Positions 36,601-46,089 are shown, counted from the first letter of the stretch. The stretch: DNA of 64,000 nucleotides from Candidatus Aminicenantes bacterium (GCA_030639305.1 DAOWCY010000006.1:16563-80562), one strand, 5' to 3'. Program-made: numbers and translations. Notes: generated by a model from the sequence alone, not told the origin.

Positions 36601-37022
36601 ATAATATCTTGGATGGATGAAGGCCCTGTATTACCGTGTTTCCCGGCGTATTCGGCGCAGGGCCAATAAAGGCGCTGCAAAAAGTGGCGTCCTTTCGTTA
36701 TTTGTTTTTTTTCCGTGATGGCTTTTAAACGTCCGCCCTGCCGGTCATTGTGCAGCGGCGTCGTGGGCTGCAGGTACAGTTCCGTGATATTTTTTTTAGC
36801 TGCGCCGCCGGAATCGACGATCTGCCAATATCCCTGCACCGGGAGCTGCACTTCGCCCCGGTATTTAGTATAGAACGAACCGGGCTGCCGGAAAAAAAGG
36901 CTTTTTTTTACACTCAGCGGGGCCAGTTTATTCAGCGCCCCGTAAGTTAGGACAAAAAATAATCCCAAAACCGCCGCCCACTTGACATATGATGAAATGT
37001 TTTTTATTTTTTTCTTTTCCAT
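33690..37022 (-). CDS. Large secreted hypothetical protein (1110 aa)
   Basis: N-terminal signal/anchor VKWAAVLGLFFVLTYGALN. A long uninterrupted ORF with no motif I can assign. The antisense ORFs 34147.., 34878.., 35386.., 35554.., 35820.., 35894.. and 36126.. are shadows of it. Confidence 0.5.
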   Translation of the reverse strand: MEKKKIKNISSYVKWAAVLGLFFVLTYGALNKLAPLSVKKSLFFRQPGSFYTKYRGEVQLPVQGYWQIVDSGGAAKKNITELYLQPTTPLHNDRQGGRLKAITEKKQITKGRHFLQRLYWPCAEYAGKHGNTGPSSIQDIIEEKRYKYLQKNLARSPYDSPAGQDIKGPFIFLVPRANFRFQEKDRFVRAKDKETLAFELRPYVDDGKHWVLDTGGSCQRLPVDKKLLKKYKQTIHPVIPKKKEMPVIEPDKHSYTLTAVCKAKPGKPLLLTVENAYSGDTMEIKWDMRRAVQAKEGEHIDIDKQRFATWLPYAGLSQSPLLTTWLTALKEGDDDDFFFSWERWDRRGKSLSVFDILGGRAAVRETLQMQVLAGGANAAGERPADYVIDVESIAGVQVESHPFREMLKKSSGKSGTLPLADVTPQNRFFVYIANPRDILAFLDQGCGFLHRMGTAFTGNGVDYELDKKYPARLGFDRKLLRTLLEAGIIKECALIFPDLFFIDGTDVTVAARLSKPGAIKSLLQLLGKKELAEKRITAFRSKNGANVYWSFWDDLLLIGTNKNEVAKILQLKNSGGKGSLGLSDEFRYMLSKLPLKKSTWGYVYFSDPFIRRLVGPAVKIGQLRRIRARAYMEYLTSRSLLAQLDGRGSPFSIESLIDYGYISRRAAARPAPTVKGEAAVSARDGSPGGEYYFDKDHILHSKTYGTLAHMKPISQAPVQRVSEKEKKAYKGYVDQYSSYWREYFDPIALRLDEAEDGFLEAEIFILPLVDNTIYNSLKGALKSKTDNEPLNIPRLSRDPVLMLSLNLGEEAWRGIVKDGYSLLSRYLPIHPAIFEDFGPGLHLTVHDADPVIALGSGDLLGIFDANFGGSSASGMLSLPVLLSVLTRPCTLIIETRDPGRTLSFLKRSVPALRQRDRWRELQVRVHQVENRDQWVFSFGIAGIIKLRFGVELQDRFLLIRNIPWSHREKITAVDQGSLQGFSLRAYPDACELQLPGLFEAHQDGKLFEAFEGAGHLFPIVLSGSASIEGAAAKHAQLFGFTPRHPGEGHFVWENFHIGSSVYGTVFKQRQPAYREGDREFGLLAGFTFLGVSMQFEDSGLRTRFRWKFKR

Positions 37023-37039
37023 GATCCTATTTTAAAAAA

Positions 37040-37320
37040 AAATAAAAGAAATTGCAAGCCTCCGGCAGGGGGGCAGCGCGCCCAACATCTTAGCCTCCGG
37101 CGGCCCTGCCGGGGGCCAAACTTTTGAAAAAGTTTGATCAAAACTTCTTATGATTTAGAATCAAAAGCGCTCACACGCTGCTTCTTGCGGCGAAGCCGCT
37201 TATTGCCTCCCCACGCAGTGGGGCTTTTGAAAAAGTTTGATCAAAACTTCTTATGATTTAGAATCAAAAGCGCCTCTTGCGGCGAAGCGGCTTATTGCCT
37301 CCCCGTGCGCACGGGGTTAG
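37040..37320. repeat. About 1.5–2 tandem copies of the modular repeat element (orientation 1)
   Basis: GCCTCCGGCGGCCCTGCCGGGGGCCAAACTTTTGAAAAAGTTTGATCAAAACTTCTTATGATTTAGAATCAAAAGCGCTCACACGCTGC..., then a second partial copy ending CCCCGTGCGCACGGGG. Confidence 0.8.
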
Positions 37321-38561
37321 TGAGGTTTTATCACTAAAATGATTTCGTCTACTTTCCGCTTTCCCATCTGCCTGACAATTAGCTGATAGTCTTTGATTTT
37401 TATCTTTGTTCTTACCCTGGGGAATTTCCCGAAGAAATAGATAAACATGCCGGACATTATAGTGTACTCTTTTTTGACAGGCAGTTCGATGCCTAACCGG
37501 GCATTCACTTCTTCCACCGGGACACTTCCTTTTATAAAATACGTATGCTTGTCTACTTTTTTTATGGGCTGTTGGGCAATATTAAGCCCGCCGAATATTT
37601 CTTTAAAAATATCGTTCAACGTCAGGATACCGATGGTTGTGCCGTATTCATCGAGAACCACGGCAATGTTTACATCATACTTTTTGAATTCTTTTAATAC
37701 GTAATTTAAAGAAGAAAACTCGGATACGAAAACCGGTTTGTCGGCAATTTCTTTTAGGTTTAAATCTTTGAATTCTTTGTCCAATAAAAGAGCGGCGATA
37801 TCCCTCGTGTGGATGATGCCCGTAATGTTATCGAGAGTGCCTTTGTATATAGGAATCTTATAAACGCCCTTTTCGCGGATGATTTTTTTCAAACCGGCAA
37901 TGTCTGAATTTTCCTCCAGGGCGATTATATTAGGCCGCGGTTTCATCAGGCTTTTAATATCTTTCTCCGCCGTATCTATAAGCTCATGTAACATGCGCAG
38001 GGTCTCCGGGATATAGTGAAAAAGTTTCGTCTCCGAGGATAAAAGATGTTTGATCTCCTCGATATTAAGTTCTTTTTTATCGCCGGCCGACCCCTTCTTT
38101 CTAAAGAGTAAATTGGAAAGAGCCGAGAGAACTTTAACAAAAGGAAAAAATAGGTAGGTGAAAAACTTAATCGGGTAAGCATAAATAAAGGACATCTTTT
38201 CACTGTGCCTGAAGGCATAGGATTTGGGGATAACTTCGGCAAATATCAAAATGATAATAGTTGTGGCCAATGTGGTAGCCAGTAAAGCCAACTGCTCACT
38301 GCCTGCGAAAATCTTTGCGAACAGGATGGCCGATATGGAGGCTGCCGCAATATTTACCAGGTTATTCCCGATCAGGATAGTTGAAAAGAATTCGTCCGGT
38401 TCCGCCAATAATTTATTTAGGAATATGGCCTTCTTATTTTTCTTGTTTGCTTTGAGGTTCAGCTTAATCTTGTTTAAGGACAGCAGCGAAGTCTCGGCGG
38501 AAGAAAAGAAAGCGCTGAATAGGATTAAAACAAAAAAAATGATTAGATATAACACTAACAT
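37317..38561 (-). CDS. CNNM/DUF21 transmembrane domain, CBS pair and CorC_HlyC domain protein (hemolysin-family / Mg-Co efflux CorC-type)
   Basis: N-terminal four-TM DUF21 (MLVLYLIIFFVLILFSAFFSSAETSL...). Tandem CBS domains. C-terminal transporter-associated domain. Start set at MLVLY (38561). Confidence 0.8.
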   Translation of the reverse strand: MLVLYLIIFFVLILFSAFFSSAETSLLSLNKIKLNLKANKKNKKAIFLNKLLAEPDEFFSTILIGNNLVNIAAASISAILFAKIFAGSEQLALLATTLATTIIILIFAEVIPKSYAFRHSEKMSFIYAYPIKFFTYLFFPFVKVLSALSNLLFRKKGSAGDKKELNIEEIKHLLSSETKLFHYIPETLRMLHELIDTAEKDIKSLMKPRPNIIALEENSDIAGLKKIIREKGVYKIPIYKGTLDNITGIIHTRDIAALLLDKEFKDLNLKEIADKPVFVSEFSSLNYVLKEFKKYDVNIAVVLDEYGTTIGILTLNDIFKEIFGGLNIAQQPIKKVDKHTYFIKGSVPVEEVNARLGIELPVKKEYTIMSGMFIYFFGKFPRVRTKIKIKDYQLIVRQMGKRKVDEIILVIKPH

Positions 38562-38611
38562 CTTAACCGCTCCCCGCACCGCACAGCCGCGGAGCAAAAC
38601 AAAAAAAACGC

Positions 38612-39277
38612 TTATTTATGATAAATTTGATATACCACTTTATACAAAGAGGCGCCGATACAATCATTGACTAATTGAACGCCCTTTATTCCCTTAGCAA
38701 GTTTCAGTATCCTGGGGGAATAGTTTACGATACCTTTAATCCCTAATTCTACCAGTTTGTCGAGTATTTCCTGGGCCACGCTCTCCGGTACGGTTAACAG
38801 GGCTATCTTTACATGTGTGTTTTCCTTTACATATTCTTCAAGACGCTCGATGTGGTAGATAGGCGTTTTCCTCCCTTTTATATCGACTATTGTGCCTACC
38901 AGGTCCGGTTTTACATCGAAGAGCGCCGTCACATGGATGTTCCTGATTTTGAATAACTTGTACTCGGAAAGGGCCCGCCCCAATCTACCTGCTCCTACAA
39001 CAATGACTTCCGCGCCTCGATCTACCGATAAAACCCTCCTTAAAGCACGGAAAAGTTTTTCTACATGGTAACCTTTTTTTTGCTTGCCGATGGAGATGCC
39101 GAGATAGAAAAAATCCTGTCTGACCTGGTTGCATGACACCCCGGTTATCTCTTCCAACTTTTTGGAAGAGATAAAGGAATCCTGGGGCAGGTCTAATTTT
39201 AGCAGCGCTTCATAGTAGAATGATACCCTGGTTATCACTCTCAAGCTCATCTTCTTCTCTTGTTTGTCGTTTTTCAT
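38612..39277 (-). CDS. rex: Redox-sensing transcriptional repressor Rex
   Basis: N-terminal winged-helix (...RVSFYYEALLK...GVSCNQVRQDFFYLG). Rossmann NADH-binding VIVVGAGRLGRALSEY. Start set at MKNDKQ (39277); the alternative is 39331. Confidence 0.75.
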   Translation of the reverse strand: MKNDKQEKKMSLRVITRVSFYYEALLKLDLPQDSFISSKKLEEITGVSCNQVRQDFFYLGISIGKQKKGYHVEKLFRALRRVLSVDRGAEVIVVGAGRLGRALSEYKLFKIRNIHVTALFDVKPDLVGTIVDIKGRKTPIYHIERLEEYVKENTHVKIALLTVPESVAQEILDKLVELGIKGIVNYSPRILKLAKGIKGVQLVNDCIGASLYKVVYQIYHK

Positions 39278-39569
39278 GTACGCCTCGAAAATATCGTTTA
39301 CTTTTAAACTATATATTACTTGAGAAATCATTCAATGTCAAGTTAAAATATGACCTTTTAGGTATTTTAAATAATACTTCGCCAGGGTTTGCTAAAAAAA
39401 CAAGCTTTTTGGTCGATCCGGTCGGGTATGCGGCTTCCAGGTCCCTCATAGGGTGCGAACGCCGTCCGCTTTTAAAAAAATTAAAAAAAATTGATTTTTT
39501 GCTTGACTTTTGTTTTTTGTTAATGGTAAAATTACGGTGCAACTAAAATTAATCTTCACGGAGGAAGAT

Positions 39570-39785
39570 ATGGAAAAATTAAACAGTATTGAAGTAACAC
39601 CGAATGTGGAATTTAGTCTGAAAATTTTGGGCGATTCCCTGGAAAGCATCCCGGAAGGCGAAAAAAGAGAGAATGCGAAAAAGGCGCTGGGTTATTTGCA
39701 AACGGTTGCTGCGGGCGAAAATCCTAAAGCGGTTAAAAGGTGTTTTGTGCCCAAATTATTTTACCCGAACGATTCGGTAGGATAA
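39570..39785 (+). CDS. Small hypothetical protein (71 aa), candidate precursor peptide for the downstream radical SAM pair
   Basis: GGAGGAagatATG start. MEKLNSIEVTPNVEFSLKILGDSLESIPEGEKRENAKKALGYLQTVAAGENPKAVKRCFVPKLFYPNDSVG. Acidic, helical leader-like N-terminal part and a C-terminal tail (CFVPKLFYPNDSVG) that could serve as a core. Assignment is inferential. Confidence 0.35.
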   Translation: MEKLNSIEVTPNVEFSLKILGDSLESIPEGEKRENAKKALGYLQTVAAGENPKAVKRCFVPKLFYPNDSVG

Positions 39786-39892
39786 ATTTAGCACTTCATT
39801 TGCGCTTTAAAAACCTGTGCAGATATGGCGCTGCATTTAAAGAAAGTAGAGGTATATCGTAATTTGAGGAGGCGAATGAAAGAGGTGAAAAA

Positions 39893-41269
39893 GTGAAATT
39901 TTTATTGATCCAGCCGCCATTATCGGATGCCGGTTATAATGAGTTTAATTTCTCCCCAGGCCATCTGTTCACCCTTTTTTCTTACTTAAAGCACAATAAT
40001 CCCGGCTTACAGGTGGATGTACTGGATTGGCCGCGCGCCCATGTCGAAGAGCCGGAAACGACAGCAGAGCGCGGCGATTTGCTGTTTTCCAATAGATTAA
40101 AAAAACAATTGAAAAAATATGCCCCGGATGTCATCGGTATTTCCTGTTACACCAGTATGCATTATATCATTACACAGTTGGTGGCGCTCATCTACAAGGA
40201 AGAAAACCCGGATGGAATCGTGATTGTCGGCGGTTTTCATCCCACTTTTGTACCTGACGATTTTACCGCCCCGGCAGCCCCTTACGATTATATCATACAG
40301 GGTGAAGGCGAAGTAGCCCTGTCCAGGTTGTTAAAGCAGCCGCTTCGTCCCCGGCAGCGGGCAAAAGTGGTGCCGGGAATTCCCTTAGACTTAGAAACAG
40401 AAGTATTAATGTGGGATGATTATCCTTATTTCGATAAGGGGGCAAAAGTGACCCTATTTTTTAGCCGCGGTTGTCCTTTCGAGTGCAATTTCTGCGTAGA
40501 ACCGAACCGGCTGCGAAATCCCGGTGCGCGCTACCGGGTTTATTCCTCGACCAAAGCCCGCCGCACTATCGAGACCCTAATTAAAAGATTAACCCCGGAG
40601 GGTATTTTCTTTGGGGAAGCTGCCTTCGGTTTGAATCCCCAATGGCGCCGGCAATTTTTAAAAGACCTGGCGGAAGTGGCGCCGGGTATCCTTTTTTGGG
40701 GGGAAACCCGGGTGGACACGTTCTCTAAAGAGGATGTAGATTTACTGAAACCGCTTCGTTTCCGGTTAGACTTAGGACTCGACGCCATTGTGCCGGATAA
40801 TATCCTCAGGCAGAATAAATCACGTAACCCCGAGGAATATATCCGCCGTTTTACCGCATTGGACGACTATATGAACGAGCAGGAATTGCCTCATTCAATT
40901 TTTATACTGCACAATTTTCCCGGCGAGACGCCGCGCACCTATGCGCAGACAAAACAAAGACTGTTGGACATTGCCGGGAAACGCAGCTATAATTATTCTT
41001 GTTTCGGGCCGCAGCCCTATTGTTTATATCCCGGCTCGTCGGCCTACCGCGATATGAAACACTATGAGGAAAAATACGGCAGCCGGTTTCCTAATGACGG
41101 TTGGTGGCGGGAGATCAGCGATGACCGCAATGCCCTTGCCAGGGCGATCGTTGCCGGTAAGGAAATGGAAGGCAAGGATATCGACTTTTTGGCGGAGGCC
41201 AAACAATTAATGGATAAAATTATCCCGGATAAGAAATTGCTCCATTGGCCTTTCCGATGGGGTTCGTGA
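39893..41269 (+). CDS. B12-binding-domain radical SAM protein (class B radical SAM methyltransferase-like)
   Basis: GTG start after a GAGGTG Shine-Dalgarno. N-terminal B12-binding-like Rossmann region (...DVIGISCYTSMHY...IVIVGGFHPT). Radical SAM FFSRGCPFECNFCVEP (CxxxCxxC). Confidence 0.75.
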   Translation: MKFLLIQPPLSDAGYNEFNFSPGHLFTLFSYLKHNNPGLQVDVLDWPRAHVEEPETTAERGDLLFSNRLKKQLKKYAPDVIGISCYTSMHYIITQLVALIYKEENPDGIVIVGGFHPTFVPDDFTAPAAPYDYIIQGEGEVALSRLLKQPLRPRQRAKVVPGIPLDLETEVLMWDDYPYFDKGAKVTLFFSRGCPFECNFCVEPNRLRNPGARYRVYSSTKARRTIETLIKRLTPEGIFFGEAAFGLNPQWRRQFLKDLAEVAPGILFWGETRVDTFSKEDVDLLKPLRFRLDLGLDAIVPDNILRQNKSRNPEEYIRRFTALDDYMNEQELPHSIFILHNFPGETPRTYAQTKQRLLDIAGKRSYNYSCFGPQPYCLYPGSSAYRDMKHYEEKYGSRFPNDGWWREISDDRNALARAIVAGKEMEGKDIDFLAEAKQLMDKIIPDKKLLHWPFRWGS

Positions 41270-41272
41270 GAA

Positions 41273-42352
41273 ATGGCCGCGCTTATTTCGGATATGAAAC
41301 TACCTGCTCTCCTGTTAATGGTAACCGATGATTGCAATTTCGGGTGTAAATACTGTTACCAGACCAAAGGGAATCGATATATGAGCTGGGAGACGGCAAA
41401 AAAAACACTGGATTTTTTCCTGCCCCGGTTGGGAAAAAATTATCGTCTCGCTTTTTTGGGAGGCGAACCTTTTCTCGCTTTCGACTTGATAAAAGAGGCA
41501 GTCGCTTATTTAAAAATAAAAAATAAAGAACTGTCTAAGACCGTGCATTATGCGGCCAATAGCAACGGCAGCCTGTTAGATGACGCTGTACTCGATTTTT
41601 TGCAGCAAAATAATTTTACGCTGGCCGTCAGTTTCGATGCGTTTAAACAGGATTGGGGACGAAAAAAAAATAGTTTTAACCTGGTCCAGGCTGCTGTTAA
41701 AAAGGCGCTGGCCCGGCCCGGCATTCGCCTGGAAATCGCCAGTACATTTACTCCCGGCACTGTGGCCGGTTTGTGTGAATCTTTAGAATATATCATCGGT
41801 TTAGGAGTGCCGAAAGCGTCGTTTTCCTTAGATATGACCGTGGCATGGGACCGGGCGTCCTTAGACCGGTTGGCCCGGGAACTTGCCTCTCTAAGAAAGT
41901 TCCTCTTAAAGAATTATCCCGACGGCAAAAAAACACCGGTGCGTTTTTTTAGTGAAGGAGAGTGGAGCGGCATCTGGCAGTGTGCCGCGGGTCTTACCCA
42001 ATTACTGGTTACACCCACCGGGCAAATATGGGGCTGTCCTCTTTTTTACGAATTCTTTAAAGGAAAAGAGTCGAGCCCGGCTTACGGGGAGTATTGTTTC
42101 GGCGGACTACCGGATTTCGTAAACACTTACCGCCGGGTGCCGGCAAATTACGCCCGTTTCAGGATGGACAATTTTCACCGGTCAAATTCTCCCTGTTTTT
42201 TGTGTCCTTTAGTAGAAAAATGCATCATCTGCCCGGTCAGCAGGCCGGAGGGGGATGCCCCCCGTCTTTTGGTGGCCTCTTATTTATGTGAAATGAGTAA
42301 AATCCTCATCGCCGAGAAAGAAAAATTCGCCCGTGGCACGGGCACCCTATAA
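41273..42352 (+). CDS. Radical SAM protein with C-terminal SPASM/twitch Cys-rich domain (peptide-modifying maturase-like)
   Basis: CNFGCKYC radical SAM cluster motif. C-terminal auxiliary-cluster cysteines ...CAAG...GQIWGCP...CFLCPLVEKCIICP. Confidence 0.75.
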   Translation: MAALISDMKLPALLLMVTDDCNFGCKYCYQTKGNRYMSWETAKKTLDFFLPRLGKNYRLAFLGGEPFLAFDLIKEAVAYLKIKNKELSKTVHYAANSNGSLLDDAVLDFLQQNNFTLAVSFDAFKQDWGRKKNSFNLVQAAVKKALARPGIRLEIASTFTPGTVAGLCESLEYIIGLGVPKASFSLDMTVAWDRASLDRLARELASLRKFLLKNYPDGKKTPVRFFSEGEWSGIWQCAAGLTQLLVTPTGQIWGCPLFYEFFKGKESSPAYGEYCFGGLPDFVNTYRRVPANYARFRMDNFHRSNSPCFLCPLVEKCIICPVSRPEGDAPRLLVASYLCEMSKILIAEKEKFARGTGTL

Positions 42353-42458
42353 GGGGCTGCCTATCGAGATATGATAGCCGGGTAGTTTCTACTATTGGTT
42401 ATACAGTACAATTACAACCGGTCATTTGTAAGCCCCGGGGCGCGGCATTGAAGATCGA

Positions 42459-45400
42459 TCATTGATTATTGTTCAGGCGCTGTAGTTGTGTGTGGGCGTC
42501 TTCTATTTCGATTTGGCCGGGGTCTGCTTTTTCCCACAAACGGAGGAATTCTTTATAATTTTCCAGCGCCTCTTTTTCCCGGCCTAATTCTTGATAGATT
42601 TTCCCCAGGTAATAGAAACTCTTAACATAGACGTCCCCGAAATAGAACCGCCCTAAAGTTAAAGCCGTTATCTTATCGAATTGCCGGCCGGCCTTTTCCC
42701 AGGAACCCTTTTTATAATATGTGAGAGCCAGTTCAAACAAGCACATAGCCTGCTGGTTTGAAAAAAAACTCTCCTTATACTCATGAGGGCCGTATGACAG
42801 CGCCTTTTTCAAATAGGAAACCGCCCGGTCGAAGTTTTTGTTTTCTCTTTCGAGCCTACTTTTAGCAAGATAATAATACCTGTAATCTTTTTTGAAGGGG
42901 CTTTTTTTGCAGTTGCCTTCTAATTCTTTGATCGTTTTTCCGGCTTCCCGGTTTTGCCCTAATTTAAGATACGCCAGGGCTTCGTAGAAAAGTTTTCTGC
43001 CCAGGAAGTAAACGGGCCAAGGCGTTTCATCTAACTTTATATAATTTTTTATGGCCGCCAGCGCCCGGTGCGGTTTACCCAACCTTAAATAGAGATGAAC
43101 CAATTCGTATGCAGTGAGCAGTTTATCTTCTTTGTCTTTCATCCCGGCAAAATTTTCTTTTAGGAGCTTAATGGATTCAGCAAACCTGCCCTGGTGCAGG
43201 TACAGGAGTCTCAGGTTTCTAATTCTATCGGAATAATATCTTTCATCTTTTTCGTCCCGCGGCATATTTTTAAATTCTTGTTCGGCTTTTTCTAAATCTC
43301 CGCGGTATAGATAAATTTTCCCTTTATTGAATTTGAAAATCGCAAGTTTGTTATCTTCCGCGGCGATCTTTTCATTCACTTCCCAGGCCAGGAGGAAAGC
43401 TTTTTTGATAAGATGTATGTCGAATACTAAACCGTACAGCATCGGCCTTATTTTCCCCGGGAAGTTACGGTGGTAATTTTTCTCCACTGCCACTGCTTTA
43501 TCGTACCTCCCTTCCGCCATGTAAGTCCAGGTAAGGAATATATAGGGCATCTGTTCATCGTTGATCCCGTCTGCTGCCCGTTCTAAATATGGAAGCGCAC
43601 GCCGCCAATCTTGCAGTAACGTAAGCAGCCCTCCAAAGTGGGTGTTGGCTTCATAATTACCGGGATATATTTTTAGAAGTTTTTTAAAAGACGAGACCGC
43701 TTTTTTAAAGGTTTCTTCAGCGTTGCTGAAAAAACCTGCTTCCAGCAGTAATCTTTTTTTTGCAGATAAATGCTGCCTGTACTGCATGGCTTTATCGTAA
43801 TATTTTTTCTTTTGGTCCTCTTTTTGCAGTACAGCATATGCCAGGGCTATCTCTTTATAAACTAAGGCATAACCGGGATCCAATTCAATGGCTTCCTTGA
43901 ACAAAAGAATACTTTCTTCATATTTTTCTTCGTTGAATTTCAGTTTGCCCGCACTGTATCGTTCTAATGCCTCGCGAGAAGAAGTGGTAATGGTTTCGAT
44001 GTTTTCGTCCACATCCGCTTCAAGTTTATCATGGGGGATATTGAAGGCTGCTTTGATATCCGGGGTCAAACTGTCTACAATGGAAAATATCGCTTCCTCC
44101 TCCTTCATGTCTTCTGTGAAAGTAGAGAGATTTTCCCCACTCCGCGGATTCAGAATTCTTACGGTGACTCGCATCTTGCCCCCGGAAGTCATATAGCTGC
44201 CGATTAAAAAGTAATCGATATTTTCTTCCGAAGTAATTTTTTTATATACTTCAGTGGTGTAGGGGCTGCCTATTTTATGTTTTATTTTACCGAATATGTC
44301 GAGCAGGCGGTTCTCCGGCAGCACCCAAAAAAATTTGGATTGTTCCAGGTCTGTTGTCAATAGGTGAAAAAAAGTAAACTCCAGGTTGTTTTGGAGTGGT
44401 TGTCCGGTTAGTTCCGTGAAAGGCAGCACTGCCACCCGTATCTTTTTTGGGGGAAAGATTTCTTCTTCTTTTAAAAGTTCCGCTAACTTGAATGCCCCAA
44501 ATAAAGCCAATAGAATAAATATAAATATGGCAGTTAGGCGGGGCAGCCGGTTCTGTTTAAACCGCTGCAGGAAAGGGCCTTTAAAGATGGCGCTGGAATC
44601 CATATCCACCAGCAGGTCTGTAATACATTGGTAGCGGTACTTTCTTTTTTTCTCCAGGCATTTTTTCACGATATTTTTAAGGTAAGTGGGAATTTTTTTC
44701 CCCGGTTTATCAGGGAAAACCGGTTTGGCTCTTAAATGTTTATGCAGGTAGCCGAGATCTGTTTCGGACACAAAGGGATGCTCTCCGGTTATCATTTCGA
44801 ATATGATGATGCCCAACATATAGATGTCCACACGGTTGTCTACTTTCTCTCCCAACCACTGCTCCGGAGCGATATAGCGGGGGGTGCCGACCAACGCCCC
44901 GGAATGAGTGATACCTGTGCTGTCAGCCGATTTTGCCAGGCCGAAATCGGTGATATATACATTGTTTCCCTTATCGATCATAATATTGTTGGGGTTTAAA
45001 TCGCGGTGTACTATTCCCTTCTTATGAGCCGCCAGCAGCCCCATACAGATTTGTTTTAAGATAGCTTTTGTTTTCTCGATAGGCAGCGGGCCTGATTCGG
45101 CCAGCATATCTTTTAGACTTATTCCTTCGATATACTGCATGGAGATAAACTTCACTTCCCCCACTTCGCCGAAATCATAGATGCGCACCACATTTTCGTG
45201 GGCGATTTCCCTGGCCAGCCGTATCTCCTCTTTAAACCGGCTTATCATCCGCTGGTCCGTAAGGAATTCAGGCTTGATGGTTTTTAATGCCGCGGTGGTA
45301 TTTAAAACTTTGTCTTCGGCTTTGTAGACTATCCCCATGCCGCCTCTGCCGAGTTCCTCGATTATCTTATAGCGGCTGCCGAAATCATCGCCCGGGGAAA

Positions 45401-45539
45401 ATATAAAGGGGTTGTCTTCGCTAAAGTCTTTAGTAGTTTCCGCCGGGTGGTTAGCTTTTTTGTCCCGCAGGGAACTGCCGCACTTATGGCAGTAAAAATT
45501 ATCGGCAGGGACTTCGGTTTTACATTTCGGACAATTCAT
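42459..45539 (-). CDS. Serine/threonine protein kinase with N-terminal zinc ribbon, single TM and a long C-terminal TPR-repeat region
   Basis: CPKCKTEV...CHKCG zinc ribbon. Kinase subdomains GRGGMGIVYKA, HRDLNPNNIMI, DFGLAK, GTPRYIAPE. Hydrophobic LTAIFIFILLALFGAF. Many TPR-like helices follow. Confidence 0.8.
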   Translation of the reverse strand: MNCPKCKTEVPADNFYCHKCGSSLRDKKANHPAETTKDFSEDNPFIFSPGDDFGSRYKIIEELGRGGMGIVYKAEDKVLNTTAALKTIKPEFLTDQRMISRFKEEIRLAREIAHENVVRIYDFGEVGEVKFISMQYIEGISLKDMLAESGPLPIEKTKAILKQICMGLLAAHKKGIVHRDLNPNNIMIDKGNNVYITDFGLAKSADSTGITHSGALVGTPRYIAPEQWLGEKVDNRVDIYMLGIIIFEMITGEHPFVSETDLGYLHKHLRAKPVFPDKPGKKIPTYLKNIVKKCLEKKRKYRYQCITDLLVDMDSSAIFKGPFLQRFKQNRLPRLTAIFIFILLALFGAFKLAELLKEEEIFPPKKIRVAVLPFTELTGQPLQNNLEFTFFHLLTTDLEQSKFFWVLPENRLLDIFGKIKHKIGSPYTTEVYKKITSEENIDYFLIGSYMTSGGKMRVTVRILNPRSGENLSTFTEDMKEEEAIFSIVDSLTPDIKAAFNIPHDKLEADVDENIETITTSSREALERYSAGKLKFNEEKYEESILLFKEAIELDPGYALVYKEIALAYAVLQKEDQKKKYYDKAMQYRQHLSAKKRLLLEAGFFSNAEETFKKAVSSFKKLLKIYPGNYEANTHFGGLLTLLQDWRRALPYLERAADGINDEQMPYIFLTWTYMAEGRYDKAVAVEKNYHRNFPGKIRPMLYGLVFDIHLIKKAFLLAWEVNEKIAAEDNKLAIFKFNKGKIYLYRGDLEKAEQEFKNMPRDEKDERYYSDRIRNLRLLYLHQGRFAESIKLLKENFAGMKDKEDKLLTAYELVHLYLRLGKPHRALAAIKNYIKLDETPWPVYFLGRKLFYEALAYLKLGQNREAGKTIKELEGNCKKSPFKKDYRYYYLAKSRLERENKNFDRAVSYLKKALSYGPHEYKESFFSNQQAMCLFELALTYYKKGSWEKAGRQFDKITALTLGRFYFGDVYVKSFYYLGKIYQELGREKEALENYKEFLRLWEKADPGQIEIEDAHTQLQRLNNNQ

Positions 45540-45659
45540 GTTTAGTTATAAGCTCGGTGTGCTGAAGAATTTTTCAACATCTATAACATTATATCATAGT
45601 GCAGCCGTTGGTTGCAAATAAAAAAATCGTAACTATTCAGTTCTGTAAAAAATTAAAAC

Positions 45660-45745
45660 AGACTTGCCTCCGGCGGCCCTGCCGGGGGCCAAATTTTTGA
45701 AAAAGTTTGAACAAAACTTTTGTTTAAAAAAGCGAAAAACCCCCT
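45660..45745. repeat. Partial modular repeat element (orientation 1)
   Basis: GCCTCCGGCGGCCCTGCCGGGGGCCAAATTTTTGAAAAAGTTTGAACAAAACTTTTG. Confidence 0.75.
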
Positions 45746-45869
45746 ATAAAAGCTTTGAATTTTTCTTTTTCCAAAACTGAACACTTACAAAAAATCGTAA
45801 CGATTCAATTTTGGAGAAATCGATATCTACGCAGTTCATATTCCGCTCACGTCCCTATCTCCAAAGTTT

Positions 45870-46080
45870 TTTTTTTCACACTGCGAGTATTGGATTCCCC
45901 GGCTGCTGCTGTTTTTGCCGCGGAGCGGTTTATAGGGTGCCCGCGCCGCGGGCTTTTACAGGATAATAATATAATGGTATAATGTTTTTTCAAGAGCGGA
46001 CGGCGTCCGCAGCTTATGAGGGGCCTGGGCGGGCGGCGTCCGCACCCCCGTGCCACGGGCCTGCTCGCCGAAGTTAGGAG
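45870..46080. repeat. Hairpin sub-family repeat block (reverse orientation of the 19135-19275 type). Contains GGTGCCCGCGCCGCGGGC and AGCGGACGGCGTCCGC hairpins.
   Basis: GGATTCCCCGGCTGCTGCTGTTTTTGCCGCGGAGCGGTTTATAGGGTGCCCGCGCCGCGGGC..., matching the revcomp of 19200-19265. ORFs 45755..45982 and 45847..46056 are translations of it. Confidence 0.7.
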
Positions 46081-46089
46081 AAGTAAATT

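Noticed and set aside
45755-46056. ORFs 45755..45982(+) and 45847..46056(-)
   Set aside because: Entirely within the hairpin sub-family repeat block 45870-46080; the same sequences occur inverted at 19135-19275.
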